From Cyanidioschyzon merolae (Eukaryota): a stretch of DNA of 64,000 nucleotides. The DNA lies in the NCBI GenBank assembly GCA_000091205.1, contig AP006484.2, one strand, 5' to 3'. Positions 1 through 12,100 of the stretch are shown piece by piece (the first letter of the stretch is position 1; each line of letters opens with the position of its first letter). Both the position numbers and the translations under genes were made by a program. A model generated the notes under the pieces. That model was not told the DNA's origin. It ran no database searches and saw only the letters and a program-made list of their open reading frames with translations.

Positions 1-1235
1 ATAGAGCCTGAAGCACTAGCCTGGCGGACTCGTTCGGCTCGCGGGACCTCTCGCCAGGAAGGTAAACTTTCGAAGATACGGAAACCTTTTCCCGTTTTTA
101 AGGTTTACCATAAAGAAAGAAAAAAATTGTTATCTCGTTGCTGGTTATTGATTAGTCTCTGCACTTTGCTCTATGTAGCGTGGTCGATACGCGCACCTCC
201 ATATCTGGCAGGCATGAGAAACAACGCGCTTTTCGCCTTTGATTGTGCATACGATCCTGACAGTTCGCCGGCTTGGTGACCTGACGGGCAAGTTGTATTT
301 GCGTTGAAATAGTAGCAAATCATGTGTTTCATATTAATTGTTTTTCAACACTCAAGTGAGTGTATTCCAGTGATATTTCGCACGTCATAGAAGACGCGTT
401 CAACGGGCGTTCTTTTTCAAGCAAAAAGGAAAATTATGGACATGGAATTCGGGCATCCGGGGGAGCGGGGGGCGGTGTCGCCTGCTGCGGAAAATACATA
501 TGGAAAACAGTGCCGAGCAGTGCGGAACAGGAAAAGGCAGAGAAGCAGAAGAAGGGGGCCAGACGCCAAAGGCTGCAAGAAAGACGACGGAGCGACGAGA
601 TAGTAGTGAAGGCCTCTCTTCATAGACATATCAAGGATCTGCTCAAGAAAAAAATGCAAGAGACCATCAGGAACCGCATCGAATCTTAATCCGTGAGTAT
701 TATTAAGACTTTTTAAGGACTGATGCATTTGGTGAAGGAGGTGTATCGCGACGTGACGAACAGCACAACAGCCGAGGTTCCCGAAGAATTTTCGAACAAG
801 ACCATCATCTGCCACCTGTTGCTTGGCGCCGGGGAAAAGTCGAGGAGAAGCGAGCGATTACATGCCCTCCACGACAAATACACCAAGTACCGCTCCAGCG
901 GTAATCTATACAGGGGAGACTTGCGTATTTATGAATACGGAGCGATGAAGTACCTCACGAATCTGAAGCACCATATGATCGTGAACCTCGAATGTTTCAT
1001 GACAAGCGACGTGTTTGCACAATGCCCGGGCCTCTCTCCTGAGGAAAGAGATGGGCCATCATCGACAGCATCACAAACGATTGTCGCGATGAACAGGAGA
1101 TTGAATTTGTCGACGGGCAGACATCACGCAGGAGAAAGAATGAAGCTTCTGTAATGCATTCGGTTGTACAAGAGAACCGTGCGGTTCTGGGGCTGGCGAA
1201 TCCAGCGGAAAATGTATTAGATGTAAAAAAGATAA

Positions 1236-2640
1236 AAATAGATTTTATCCCCTCATCTTGCGCTATTTCGCGTTTTTGGACCTAGAACCCGAACACAAAG
1301 CGGAGATGGAGCTGGTGGTGAGAAAAAATGAAGAGTCGCAGAAACGGAGGGCTTTCCTACTGAAGAAGCGCTTCGATGTTGTTGCGATATTCAAGATCAA
1401 GTGGCTCTTTGTGACAATCGACTCCAGCATCCTTCATGCCGTCATGAAGGAGACCAGTCGAGAGTTCGACGTGAGCAAATAGGAAATCACGGGTGAAAAC
1501 CGGGAGACTCATTGGAAGAAATTTTTCGATTTCAAACGTCTCAACAGGAGCAAGAAAAAGGTACTCTCGGGGATGATCGAAAGCGATGGGGTATCGATAT
1601 CTGTACACTATAGGCGCTTGAGGGCGGATCGTCCTGTTCCATCTTTGTTGTCGTCCTCGGCGAAGCATGAATATAAGAAGGATATAGATCCTGCGACGCA
1701 CGAGGTGCATGAGAACGACTGTGTCGTCGGAATCGACTGAGGGAACACGAATATTATCACCATCGCTGCATCTAGTTGTGGGGAAAATGATATCAACGAC
1801 AACTTACGGCGGAAAGGCGTGCAACTTTTAAATTACTAGAGAGCGAGATACTACCGGGAATCTGGGATAATCAATGCGAGGAAAAAAGTGAGACATGGAA
1901 TGCATGAGTGAAAGAGCACCTAGAAGCGATCAGCAAGGTGACGAGCAGCGGAGCGGACTCGCAAGCTTTTTGGGGATTCGTGAAAGTTCGCGCTGCTCAT
2001 TGGGAGGTGCTATGGAAAGAATATACAAAGCCCCGGTTGGCTTATCCACAGATGAAGCTGCACTGTGGGAAGCAGCGTGCATTCGACAACTTCTTCGATG
2101 AATTGAGCGCCCTCAAAGAGGAAAAGAGTCAGAGGTTCATAGTAGCTTATCGAGCAGGACGCTGGGTATTCGGAAAAGGGTTTTCACCCGCTCCACCCGC
2201 ATGAATGTACAAGGAGTGCGCATACCGTATTGCCACGACACCAATGGAAGAATTCCGAACGTCATACACACACCACGAGTCGGGGTGTGCATTCCAGCGG
2301 GTCGAGATGGAAAAGTGTCAGAGGAGCCCTGCATCCATAGAAAAGTACGGAGCGCTGACGGAAGAGCAAATGGAATAGAGGGCACGATTTAGAGGACTTG
2401 ATGCTTGCGTGAGTACAACCAACGAAAAGAATCAAATGGAGTTTGTGAACCAAGACTTTAATGCCGCTATCAATATAAGGAGATGCGCAGTGCCGGAGAA
2501 CAGACCTGCAGAGCTGATGAGAGAAAATCTTTGTGGGGTAGCCTCTGGGGGTAGAGTTGCACAAGGAGAAGTTGAAACCAGTAGTAGGGGGCTGTCAAAA
2601 AAAGACCGGTAGGCGTCTGCACATCAGTCGGTAGAAATAT
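1236..2640 (+). pseudogene. TnpB/Fanzor-like nuclease element, copy A (subfamily 1), degenerate
   Basis: Conceptual translation across frames gives ...GMIESDGVSISV...VVGID*GNTNIITIA (RuvC-I, TGA where Pro is expected)...RARYYRESGI...KQRAFDNFFDELSALKE..IVAYRAGRW (RuvC-II region)...HHESGC..VEMEKCQRSP...LTEEQME...VNQDFNAAINIRRCAV (RuvC-III). At least two in-frame stops (TGA, TAG) and at least two frameshifts. Confidence 0.6.
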
Positions 2641-3556
2641 ATAGTCTATGGCAGTCCGTATGCCACTCGCCACCACATTGCACCGGTTATGCAGCGTATG
2701 CCAATTGAAAGCCATTCGCTTCATATATGTATGCATCGGCACGTATGTATCAAATTGCTATTATTACGTGAAACTTCTGTTGAAGCTGATACGGATTTGC
2801 CAGCGACGAGTGCGCACTGTACGCAGTCTTCATGGGAACTCTGCGTCAATGCTTTGAGCTTCAGAGACATGCAATGCGCTAAGCGTCAGGGGTCTCGCAA
2901 GTACACGATCGAGGAGGTATCCGAGTGTCCACGCTGCATCGCAAGAACGCGATGCGCGACAATGCGGTTCATCTTGCGCTGAAGCACACATAAAAAATGT
3001 TTTCGGAACCAGAACGCGCAAAAGCGCGATCGGTGACCGACCGAAGGTCGTTTCTTACGCATCGAGTAGAGACCAAGACGCTGGATCATAAATTGGACCG
3101 TGGAGGAAAACGCCTCAGTCGAAGATTGACCTACTTCGAATGTCGCACCCGAAATCTGTTCTCCGAGCAGGGGAGCGATGCCTACTCAAAGAGTCTATGG
3201 CGCAGAGCAACGCTGTTTCAACCGAAACAGCGCTGCAGGCAGCGTTGTTGAAAACTGAGGCCGGCAAGGGCGAAGCATTCGAAGAGACACGCATCGCTGT
3301 GCAGCTCAGTGAATCTTTACAGTGACGGGAATCGGAAACTCAGGTTTGCCTGCACGTGCCTCGTTCGGCGACTTGCACTTTGTTCACCGGGAAATGCCCA
3401 TCCAGGCGTGCGCGTCGACCACAGAAAAAGGCGCTTTCCAGACGGCTGCAAAGTCCATGCAGACTCTGTGGGCTTGAACTGCGCGCAACTTCGGGGCTGT
3501 GTAATCTCGGGAGAGTCGGCGATGAAGCGCTCATCAATCGCGCGGTCCAATCGCCG

Positions 3557-6500
3557 TCATGAGCACGTACGCATATCGTTTCTGGTTGCACTCGCAGCAT
3601 CCACAAACGGTACATCCGGATTCAGAAACGGGTGCGCGAGCAACTCGGGGATGCTGGCCCTTCGAACGGGATCCCGCTGCAGACAACGTCGTAGCGTATC
3701 CATGAGCGCTGCGGCCGATGCCTCCGAGCCTATGCCCTGGATCCCAGCCACAGGCGGGTACGCAATGTCGTACGTCGGGTCCGTGATGCAGCGGAGCTTT
3801 TGAATCACGTTCAGGTGTGAGAATGGCGTGCGGCCGTACACCATTTGGTACAGGATGCAGCCGAGTGACCAGATGTCACTGGGGCGTCCCAGCTTGTAGC
3901 GGCGCCGCGAGGGAGCCGCCGCCGTCTCGCCGCTGGCGCCAGCGGAAGCTGCCTCGTTGGTATCCAGAATTGCCTCAGGGGACATGTAGTTCAGGGTACC
4001 CACCTGACTCTCGCGGACAATGTTGGTGGTGTCGTTCTGAATCGCCTTGGCGATGCCAAAGTCAATGAGCTTCAGGACACCCTCAACGAAAAGAAAGTTG
4101 GCTGGCTTGAGGTCGGAGTGCACGATGCGCTCTTCATGAATGGTATGAACCGCTTCCAGCATCTGCTGCCAGTAGAGACGCAGAAAGTTCGCATGCAAGG
4201 GTCGTCCAGCGTTGCGCAGTAACAGCCTCGCGAGGTCAATCTCGCCATACTCCATGACGAGGTAAATGAGACCAGCGTGCTCGCGCACCTCCGAAGCGAT
4301 CAGCTGGATGATATTGTCGCGGCCGCGGAGGCGCTGCAGCAACGCAATCTCGTTGCAGTAGCTCCGGAGCGTCTCGCGATCGGCCTTGCGGATGCGAATG
4401 CGTTTCAGCGCGAAAATCTTCCGGGTTCGCGCGCACATCACCTTGAACACCTTGGAAGATCCCCCACGCCCGACGATTTCTAGCTTGATGTACGGGTATC
4501 CACCAACGTGCACCACAGTGTCGGCGAGGCTTGGCGGTAGGCTCAGCAGGCTCGTGCCGTCACCACCGTCAGATGGAGCCACATTCTCCTTCCCAGCGTC
4601 CAGGCGTCGCAGCGGTCGACGGGGCGCCGCTGCAGCCTCAGCAACTGCCGATCCCTGCACGGCAACAGGGCCGTCGACGGAGCGCTGCATCCCGCGGGGC
4701 TGTTGCGCTGTCGGTGCGTGCGCTTCTCGCGCTGCGGGTGCCACGCACGCACCTGTTCTGATGGACACGTGTCCTGCTGATGCATCGTTTCCCGCGCATC
4801 GTCGCGATTTGCTGTCGATCGGGTTCGATGCCGCGGCAGCCGGGCGCTCATCCGGCGCCGCCTGGGTACCATCAGGCACACCAGCAGGCACATTACGAGA
4901 TATAATGTGAGGCGCTTGACTGGCTTCGGGGTCGCCTTGAGCGCGCTGCATCGGCCAGCGATCGGTCGTCGAGGATTGCCGGGCCGGCACCGCATCCACT
5001 GCGAGTTCGATTGCCTGTGGCGACTGCCGGAGACGCGTCCACGGCGGGGGTGTCGTCGAGGCAGCCGGATCCCGGTCGATGCGCGGTGATGAGAGCGCCG
5101 CCTCTGCACCGCCTGCAGCGTCGAGGGCAGTGCGAGCGCGATGCTCATCGCGAGACGCTTGGTGCGGTGGTGAGAGCGTGGCGCGCTGCTCTGGAGCAGT
5201 CTCCACGGAGCGATGCCAAGACATGGCTGTCGCTGGGGCGTCCTCATCTGGCGGTGGAATGCCGGCACCAGTGCCGGTCGCGGTGCTGAACCCGGTCAGT
5301 GCGGCTGGGTCGAGCGCGGTGGCGAGCCCCGCACCAGATGGTGCCTTGCCAACCCGCGCAGCAGGCTGTAACACATCCGCCGTGATCGTCAGCAGAGAGG
5401 CGGCATCGGGCGCGTCGGCGCTGTGGCCGCTGCTATGGTGCGCGCTGCGCACCACTTCTGGCACGGCGTTTTCAGGGTCCGATGACGCGCACAGCCAGAA
5501 ACACGTGCCGCGCATAAACTGCTCAGCTGCCTCTCGCCGAGCAGCTGCCTCCTCTTCGAGCTTTCGCGCCTTGCGCTCGTTTCCCAATCGCCGCTCGAAA
5601 CGCGCCCATAGCTCGCAGATGCGCGGGTCATGCTCGCCAATGCGCTCTGCTTTCAGGTAGCGAAAAGTATCTCGTAGCTCCTCGGCGTCCTCCTGCTCTG
5701 TGAGTGCCATTTGAAAGCGGACGGCTCCCAGCCAGAGCTCGACATAGTCGCTGTTTCGTCGGTGGCCTCGCGCAGGCACCGCCCGCGTTGCCCGTTCATA
5801 GAGCCGCTGCAGGAGGCGCAACACTGCACGCGCCCTGGCGTCGGTGGTGGGGGTACGCGGTGGCATCCCGCTCGGCAGGAGTGCCCGCTCCAGCGACTGC
5901 AGGAAAGACAGCCAAGTACTCGGACACGACGGCCGCGCGGCGAGTGTCCGCAGGTGCGTGGTGTCGGCACGGGCGAGCGCAGTCTCCAGCGCCTCGAACG
6001 CATATTCCCGATACGCTGGTGGAACCAGAGTCAGAGGCGAGGATCCGAACACCTCGCGGAACGTTGCAGTCCAAGACGCGCTCGGCAACGCGCTCAAGGT
6101 GCGTGGATGCGGCGCTACGGCTGCAGGTGTCTCTGTGCGCTGCGCTTGCGGCGACGTAGCCCCTGGGTCGACTGGTGCCGGTATCAGGTGATCTGCGGCA
6201 TCGCCTCCTGTGCCGACGGCCGCCACAACGTGCAAGCGCAGTAGCGGCGGCGTCATCAGGCCCTCGGCGCTTCGCGTCGGTGAGCACGGCGAGCGCGAAG
6301 CACTGCTGTGCGTCTGCTCCGCCGACTGGCGACGACCTCGAAGCTGCTGAACGCGTAGGCGCAACTTCTCCAGGGTCTCTCGTGTCGGGCGCTTCAGGTG
6401 ACTCGAAGCCGATGTCTCGCTCGTCGCGCTGCTGGCCTGGTCGGGTGCCTGCGCATACGCGTCCGTCGCCACTGCGTCCAGCTGTCCCGCACGGCGGTTT

Positions 6501-6730
6501 AACGCTTGCTTCGACCCCAAAACCCACTTTTCCGAGTCGCTGGCCTCGGGAGTCGCATCACGGCCGCCTGACATGTAGAAATCAAAGCCAAAGCGACGAG
6601 CGGTTGCCGCCTTGCCGGAGCCAGAGCTGCCGCAACGACCTAGAGAGCGACACAAGGGCACTGCTGCTGTGGACGCGGGCCACAGCGCTTCTGCTCCGCC
6701 CCGATAGCGGGCGTTCAAAATTTCGGGCAA
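3557..6730 (-). CDS. MPS1: MPS1/TTK-family dual-specificity protein kinase; kinase domain about 3623-4493, long low-complexity N-terminus
   Basis: C-terminal 290 aa contain all kinase subdomains in one block: GRGGSSKVF, ALK, HSDLKPANFL, DFG, GTLNYMSPE, DIWSLGCILY, RDP..R..ELLAHPFL. This matches the Mps1 pattern (IVHSDLKPANFLIVDG.LKLIDFGIA...DSQVGT.NYM.PEA). The N-terminal 740 aa are A/S/P/R-rich low complexity, so the true start codon is uncertain. Confidence 0.75.
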   Translation of the reverse strand: MPEILNARYRGGAEALWPASTAAVPLCRSLGRCGSSGSGKAATARRFGFDFYMSGGRDATPEASDSEKWVLGSKQALNRRAGQLDAVATDAYAQAPDQASSATSETSASSHLKRPTRETLEKLRLRVQQLRGRRQSAEQTHSSASRSPCSPTRSAEGLMTPPLLRLHVVAAVGTGGDAADHLIPAPVDPGATSPQAQRTETPAAVAPHPRTLSALPSASWTATFREVFGSSPLTLVPPAYREYAFEALETALARADTTHLRTLAARPSCPSTWLSFLQSLERALLPSGMPPRTPTTDARARAVLRLLQRLYERATRAVPARGHRRNSDYVELWLGAVRFQMALTEQEDAEELRDTFRYLKAERIGEHDPRICELWARFERRLGNERKARKLEEEAAARREAAEQFMRGTCFWLCASSDPENAVPEVVRSAHHSSGHSADAPDAASLLTITADVLQPAARVGKAPSGAGLATALDPAALTGFSTATGTGAGIPPPDEDAPATAMSWHRSVETAPEQRATLSPPHQASRDEHRARTALDAAGGAEAALSSPRIDRDPAASTTPPPWTRLRQSPQAIELAVDAVPARQSSTTDRWPMQRAQGDPEASQAPHIISRNVPAGVPDGTQAAPDERPAAAASNPIDSKSRRCAGNDASAGHVSIRTGACVAPAAREAHAPTAQQPRGMQRSVDGPVAVQGSAVAEAAAAPRRPLRRLDAGKENVAPSDGGDGTSLLSLPPSLADTVVHVGGYPYIKLEIVGRGGSSKVFKVMCARTRKIFALKRIRIRKADRETLRSYCNEIALLQRLRGRDNIIQLIASEVREHAGLIYLVMEYGEIDLARLLLRNAGRPLHANFLRLYWQQMLEAVHTIHEERIVHSDLKPANFLFVEGVLKLIDFGIAKAIQNDTTNIVRESQVGTLNYMSPEAILDTNEAASAGASGETAAAPSRRRYKLGRPSDIWSLGCILYQMVYGRTPFSHLNVIQKLRCITDPTYDIAYPPVAGIQGIGSEASAAALMDTLRRCLQRDPVRRASIPELLAHPFLNPDVPFVDAASATRNDMRTCS

Positions 6731-7664
6731 TCGATGCAGGCGCTCACGACATCATGAACATTCTAGAACGTAATTGTACAGAGCAAACATATGCCCGCAG
6801 CGGGACGCGTTCCATCATTCCTGTCCGATATCGCCGATACCGTGCGCGAACACGCCCGGATACCAGCGCACCGACGTGTGCTCCACCGCAGATGCGCTCA
6901 CGCTGTACCGACTCCAGAACGGTTTTTCTTTAAACAACGACAGCTTCGTGGAGCCAGCGACCTGCCGAGTGCCGGACGTTCACCGAACGACACCTCGATT
7001 GCGAACAGGAGGTAGCGCGTACCCCAATAGCCGGTATCCATAGCACGTCACAGCTACCTGTAGGGCGTCGAAGGCGCATCCCTTGGGGGCATACGCACAA
7101 CTGGCAGTACGGATGCACGTATGCATACGGCCGTCGATAGAGGCACGTCGATCACGTCCATTGCATCGAAGGATGGGCCGATCCGTGTACGTGCAGGTAA
7201 CGCGCACATTCTGTACCTTGGGCGAGAGCGCCTCAAAGCGACATGCGCTGGGCGACAGCACGGCGTGTTCGCAGTGTCGTGACTACCACGGATGTGCTTG
7301 CAATGACACCGCGCGACGACTAAAGCGCATCCGCCCAGTTCGCAGCGATTATCCGCAAGCAGCCTCTGATGTCGGCGGGCACCCAAATTTTCGCAAAACG
7401 CGCAATACGTCCTCCAAATCACTGTTGCCTGTTGGCGGCGTCTCGATGGCGACAAGGATGGAACTGGTACGCTTCGATCTGACGGGGCGGATGCATCTGC
7501 CCGGAGACGGAATGCAGGACACCACTGCGGGACCCAGGTCCCGGGCACGCTCTATGGACTTTGTCGAAACACGTGAGCGAACGTCCAGAAATGTTTATTA
7601 AAGTCACACGAGGTGCTGCACAGGTACGCAGCTCGAGGTCGATGCCGCCATGCACGTCTCGTCC

Positions 7665-8387
7665 TCAATCCGAATCCGATGGTGCGTCGCGGGACTCGGC
7701 ATCAGGGTGCAGGCTCACGCCGGTGATCCGGTGCCGCCGAAGCGTTTTCGCAAGGCGCTCCAATGAAAAGCGCACTCCAGCGCGGCCCGCAATGACCCAC
7801 TCGCCCAGACCGGCAAAGGTGCGCACGACCTGTTGGTTCCGGATCAGCAGAATCGATGGTAGGACCTGGACGCCGAGCCGCTCGCACATGGACGGAAACC
7901 GTTCCGCCTCAGCGACCCAAAAGCGCGTCTCCAGATGCTGCTGTGCCAGGGAACGCAACGCGTGTGCGAGCGCATCCTGCAGCGGCTGGGTTTCGGGCGC
8001 TGTTCGCAAACGCCAAAACACGCCAACAACGCGCTCTGAGGATCGGCAGGCCTCGAGGAGCGCCTCCTCGTCATCAAGTTCATGCAGCCTACCATGCCCG
8101 AGCGCGCACCATCGGGAGCGCGCAGCCGCTGCTCGCTTCAGCGCCTCCAGACGACGCTCGCGCAGCGCTTCGAGCTCGGGGTCCGTCTCGGTCGTCGTCG
8201 CAGAAGCGCCGAAAGAGGCGCCGCGCTCCTGCTCCCGAAGCTCCCCGTCCAGGATAGCCTCCACACGCTCGGCAACTGCCTCGACAACACGCTGCACTGC
8301 GCTTTGGGAGCCAGTCGCAGGCTCTTTCCGGGCAAATCCCTGCGTGCCCCCGAGCGCTGCCACACTCGACGACTGCGACGTCGGCAT
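7665..8387 (-). CDS. Thioredoxin-fold phosducin-like / TXNDC9-like protein
   Basis: Coiled-coil N-terminus, then a thioredoxin-like fold without a CxxC (GHGRLHELDDEEALLEA...RVVGVFWR...RFWVAEAERFPSMCERLGVQVLPSILLIRNQQVVRTFAGL), typical of TXNDC9/PhLP. The opposite-strand 303-aa ORF is S/R-rich low complexity and is rejected. Confidence 0.55.
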   Translation of the reverse strand: MPTSQSSSVAALGGTQGFARKEPATGSQSAVQRVVEAVAERVEAILDGELREQERGASFGASATTTETDPELEALRERRLEALKRAAAARSRWCALGHGRLHELDDEEALLEACRSSERVVGVFWRLRTAPETQPLQDALAHALRSLAQQHLETRFWVAEAERFPSMCERLGVQVLPSILLIRNQQVVRTFAGLGEWVIAGRAGVRFSLERLAKTLRRHRITGVSLHPDAESRDAPSDSD

Positions 8388-9109
8388 GGCTCCAGTTTCG
8401 ACAGCACCTTGGCCGTTGTTGCGTTGCTTCCCACGCCCGAGCGCTGATCAGTGTCAAACAGGCACGCTGTGACACCCTGGTGCTCCGAGCACCAACGCAG
8501 GTACCGCCTACTGGTGCCAGACGATCAAAAAAGTCCCGAGTCACCACACACCGCCCTCTGATCACAGCGCCTGCCTCTAAGCGTCGACGCTGCCTTCTCG
8601 AGTTGCCGGTGTGAGTAGCCCCAAGTTGCCGCTAGAGCACACTCACAAGTCCGTGGAATCCTATAGACGGCGCTCTTACGGGAACACTCCACAGACGCGG
8701 CAGTGATGGCCGTACGCGCGCATCCGCTGCACGTTCGATTTTACCATCGCATGCAGGATGTGCACACTGGGGTGCGGGGTGCCCGCTTCAGAATCGCCCC
8801 TCGCTGGACACGGGCAGAAGATGGCCGTCTGTACACCTAGCGCCGCGGATCTCGGTGTACGCCGTCGAGCGCTGCGCGCCAGTACAGTACAGGTCGCACT
8901 GGGAACGCATCTTGGAGCGAATCAACCTTCTCGTGAGAGCATCTGCATAAAGCTACGTCTTGAGTTTCGTAACCAATTGGTTAAGGCCTCCGCTCAACAG
9001 TCAGCGACAAATCATGCTTTTGCGAGTCCTCCGGAGAATAAGCTGCAGAAAAATATGCACGAACAGCGGCATGATATGCAAAATGGTTCCGCGTGGAAGC
9101 GTTCTTTGA

Positions 9110-12100
9110 TTACCCGAAAAGAACAGCTACACCTTCCAGCGCAGTATCGTCGTCACCATTGATCGATTCATCTTCAAGATCCATGGTATACAACTGTGTC
9201 CGCTTTTTCCAACTCTGCAGTAGCCTTACCGAAAGCGGCCTGTGCTTCTGGGACGCCATCTTCGATGAGGGGAACGCCATCGCAGCTTCGTTCAACTGCG
9301 TGCTCGCCCCGTGATTGAAGCTGCGTCTCACAGCCACGTTACCAAGAGCTCGCATACGCTCGCCACCATTTTCGCCGGGAAACATCGAGGCGTTCGGATG
9401 CTTACTAGGGAGCTCGCTCGTAGTGAAACATGCCGGACTGAAGCCACGCCTGTAGAGTTCATCGTTGACTGCGGCGTGCACCTTTCGCACGTCTTCGGGG
9501 CGGCTGTACCATCTCTCGTCTGTCAAGGCCCTAGCGATCGAGTTTTCCAACTGCAGTAGCGACTCCGTGTCTATTGCCAAATAGCCCTCCGCCGGGTGTA
9601 TCCAGAAGCTCAAGTGCTTTCGCAGGAACGCGAAAGCTTTCCGAGACGCACTCTCAAAATGCCAGTCCAGACACTTGCGCAAAAAATCTCGGGCCCAATT
9701 GAATAACTGCACGCGTCGGCTGCAGCTTTCGAGCTTCAGCATCGCGACAGCTAACTCGACGAGCGCAACAGCGGCTTGGTCAAAAGCTTCGTTTGCGGAA
9801 GATGCTTCGTTCGCGTGGGGAGCGCCATGGAGAACCTCATCCATCGTACTGGATTCCTCATCGGAAACCTCTTCATAAGCAAGTTGACCAATGCGTTCAG
9901 CAGTTGCCCGCAACAGCGGTAACCAGATCTCCGTCACATCAGTTTCCCAGATATCACTGCCCTGGTGTGCTTGTGCCTCGCATTGGAGCAGAGTCTTCAT
10001 CACGTGACGCACAATGAGGGCTAGATACTCGATGTCAACTTGAGGAATCCCTCTTAGACAGATTTCTCGATAAAATTTCAGGGCATCCGGATCAGGATCG
10101 AGCGCAAGCATCCGCTGGAAGAGAAGCAGGCCTCGTGCGGAGATGTGAATGAACGAACGACGCGTTTTCAGCAACTCCTTTCGGTGCTGCCTGGAGTCGG
10201 CGATCGCCTCAGGAAGCAATCCGGCTCTGAGCATCCATTCCATGACCAACCGGTACCACTGAGCGATCTCGATTCGAGAAGGGGCAAGCACTGAAATGTC
10301 TCCACGACCATCAGGGCGTAGGCTGAATAAATGGTTCAGAGCAGCTACCATTTGAGGAAGCGTCGTTGGGAGCAGTTCTCCAAACATGACGGTTTGCTTC
10401 CATATGCTATGTTTCATGCTTACGCTTAGCATTTGTTCAAACAAGGTCAAAAGTTGAAGAAGACAGGTGCGATTGGTGTCTGCATCAGCTGAGGGTGCCA
10501 AGAAAGCTATAAGGAAGCGTTCCGGATCTCGAAGGACTTCGTGCTGAAGAGCCATTGTTTTCCAGATTCCCAAGGTCTCCTCTAAAAGCGCGTTCAAAAC
10601 AGGTATGCTCTTTTCCGGAGAGTCGAGAGAACACACGATAACTGGAACGCACTTCAAAAGCGAGCATCGAGCTGGAAAGGGCATCGGTGCCTCACGCAGC
10701 GCTTGTTGGATGGACGGCAGCAGTACTTGTGCGCCCGAAACTGTTTCGCTCCCTTCTGACCGCAAGAGAAGCGCTAAGATTCCTCTACACAGAGCGTCAA
10801 ACCACTTTTCCCTCCGATGCAAGCCCATTGCAGACCACCGAGCATGCTCTGTGCATGGTAGCTGTTGGATACGCTCAAGCACTCGCAGTGCCGCTTGTAT
10901 GGTGCGTATCTGTGCGCCTTCGATTCTGGCGAGCAGCGGGGCACACCCGAAAAAAACATGCAAAATCATATGAATCTTATTGGCATCTTGGTCCAGGTCA
11001 AGCGTATCCACCATGCTCAGGACAAACTCAACTCGTTCACCAAGCTGCAGAACTTGAGTCAGTCGAGCGTTTTCCTCGCCTCCAACCTCAGAGCTAGCGC
11101 CTCGCGAGGATGTCTTAGAAACCCCTGGAGGTTTCGAAACACCAGATCCTCGTCCAAGGCTCGGAAGCAATGGCGCGAGGACCTCACTCATTGTGAAAAA
11201 CATTACTTCTCGTGTCTCATCTAACAGCATTTCGATAAACAAGGCTGATTCGGCATCGCTTGGGTACTGCCCGTTTCGAACAGAAAGCAGTCCCCTCCAG
11301 AAACTATGCAAATGTGCCGGCTCTTCGCGAAAGCAGAATTGCTCCATGACCGGGCCTGTGCTTCTGCGATTTCTGTGGCAATCCATGCGGTCTACAGCAC
11401 GCGTAACGACCCAGTCCAGACACGCATCTCGCCAATTCTGACAGATTTTTCGAAGAAAATCTCGCGTTCGACTCCTCAGAGACGAATTCAGTTTTGGCTG
11501 CTCAGCGTTGCGCGACAGAACAAAACTCATGAGGCGCCAGCGCGGATCATTTGCGTCCAAGACCGAATTTTCCACGATATCCTTTCCTGTGAACAAATAG
11601 GCAGGTAGGCTTGTGTCCATGCAGCACCGCATCCACGCCGCATCGAGCAGCACAACGACGCACTGCGCGGTGAGAACCGTCTTCAGCACCTGATCGCGGC
11701 AACAAAAAGCCAGCGCAAGTTCTGCAATCGAGGCCCACGGGTGGCTCACTAGTCGCCCTAACAGAAGTATGAATGATGACCATATTGCAGGGCGTTCTTG
11801 CAGATGAGTGAGCGTCGACTCGAACGCGAGAAAAGTGAGTTCTATGACCGCTTGAAGCAAAGATAGCCTTTCCTCCCATCTGATCGGAGCATCTATGAGC
11901 AATCCGACGTCACCTGTATATGCTTCGTCGAAACATATGACGAAGCTTATAAGTGTTTCCAAGAGAGAGCCCAGCACGTCACGCTGCTTCGGCAGCATCG
12001 GCTGTGCCCTGGTGATCCAGCAACCGAGCGCTTCGATGGCTAACCAGTCGTAATCTGCACAAGCTACAAGCCGGTCTCCAAACATTTGTTCAAATCTCCG

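Noticed and set aside
4386-6933. Several 170-250-aa ORFs antisense to or out of frame with the MPS1-like gene
   Set aside because: Products of GC-rich low-complexity sequence with no domain signatures. They overlap a well-supported kinase gene.
7561-8472. 303-aa plus-strand ORF overlapping the TXNDC9-like gene
   Set aside because: Ser/Arg/Ala-rich low-complexity translation with no motif. The minus-strand ORF has a recognisable thioredoxin-like fold sequence, so the plus-strand ORF is treated as antisense noise.
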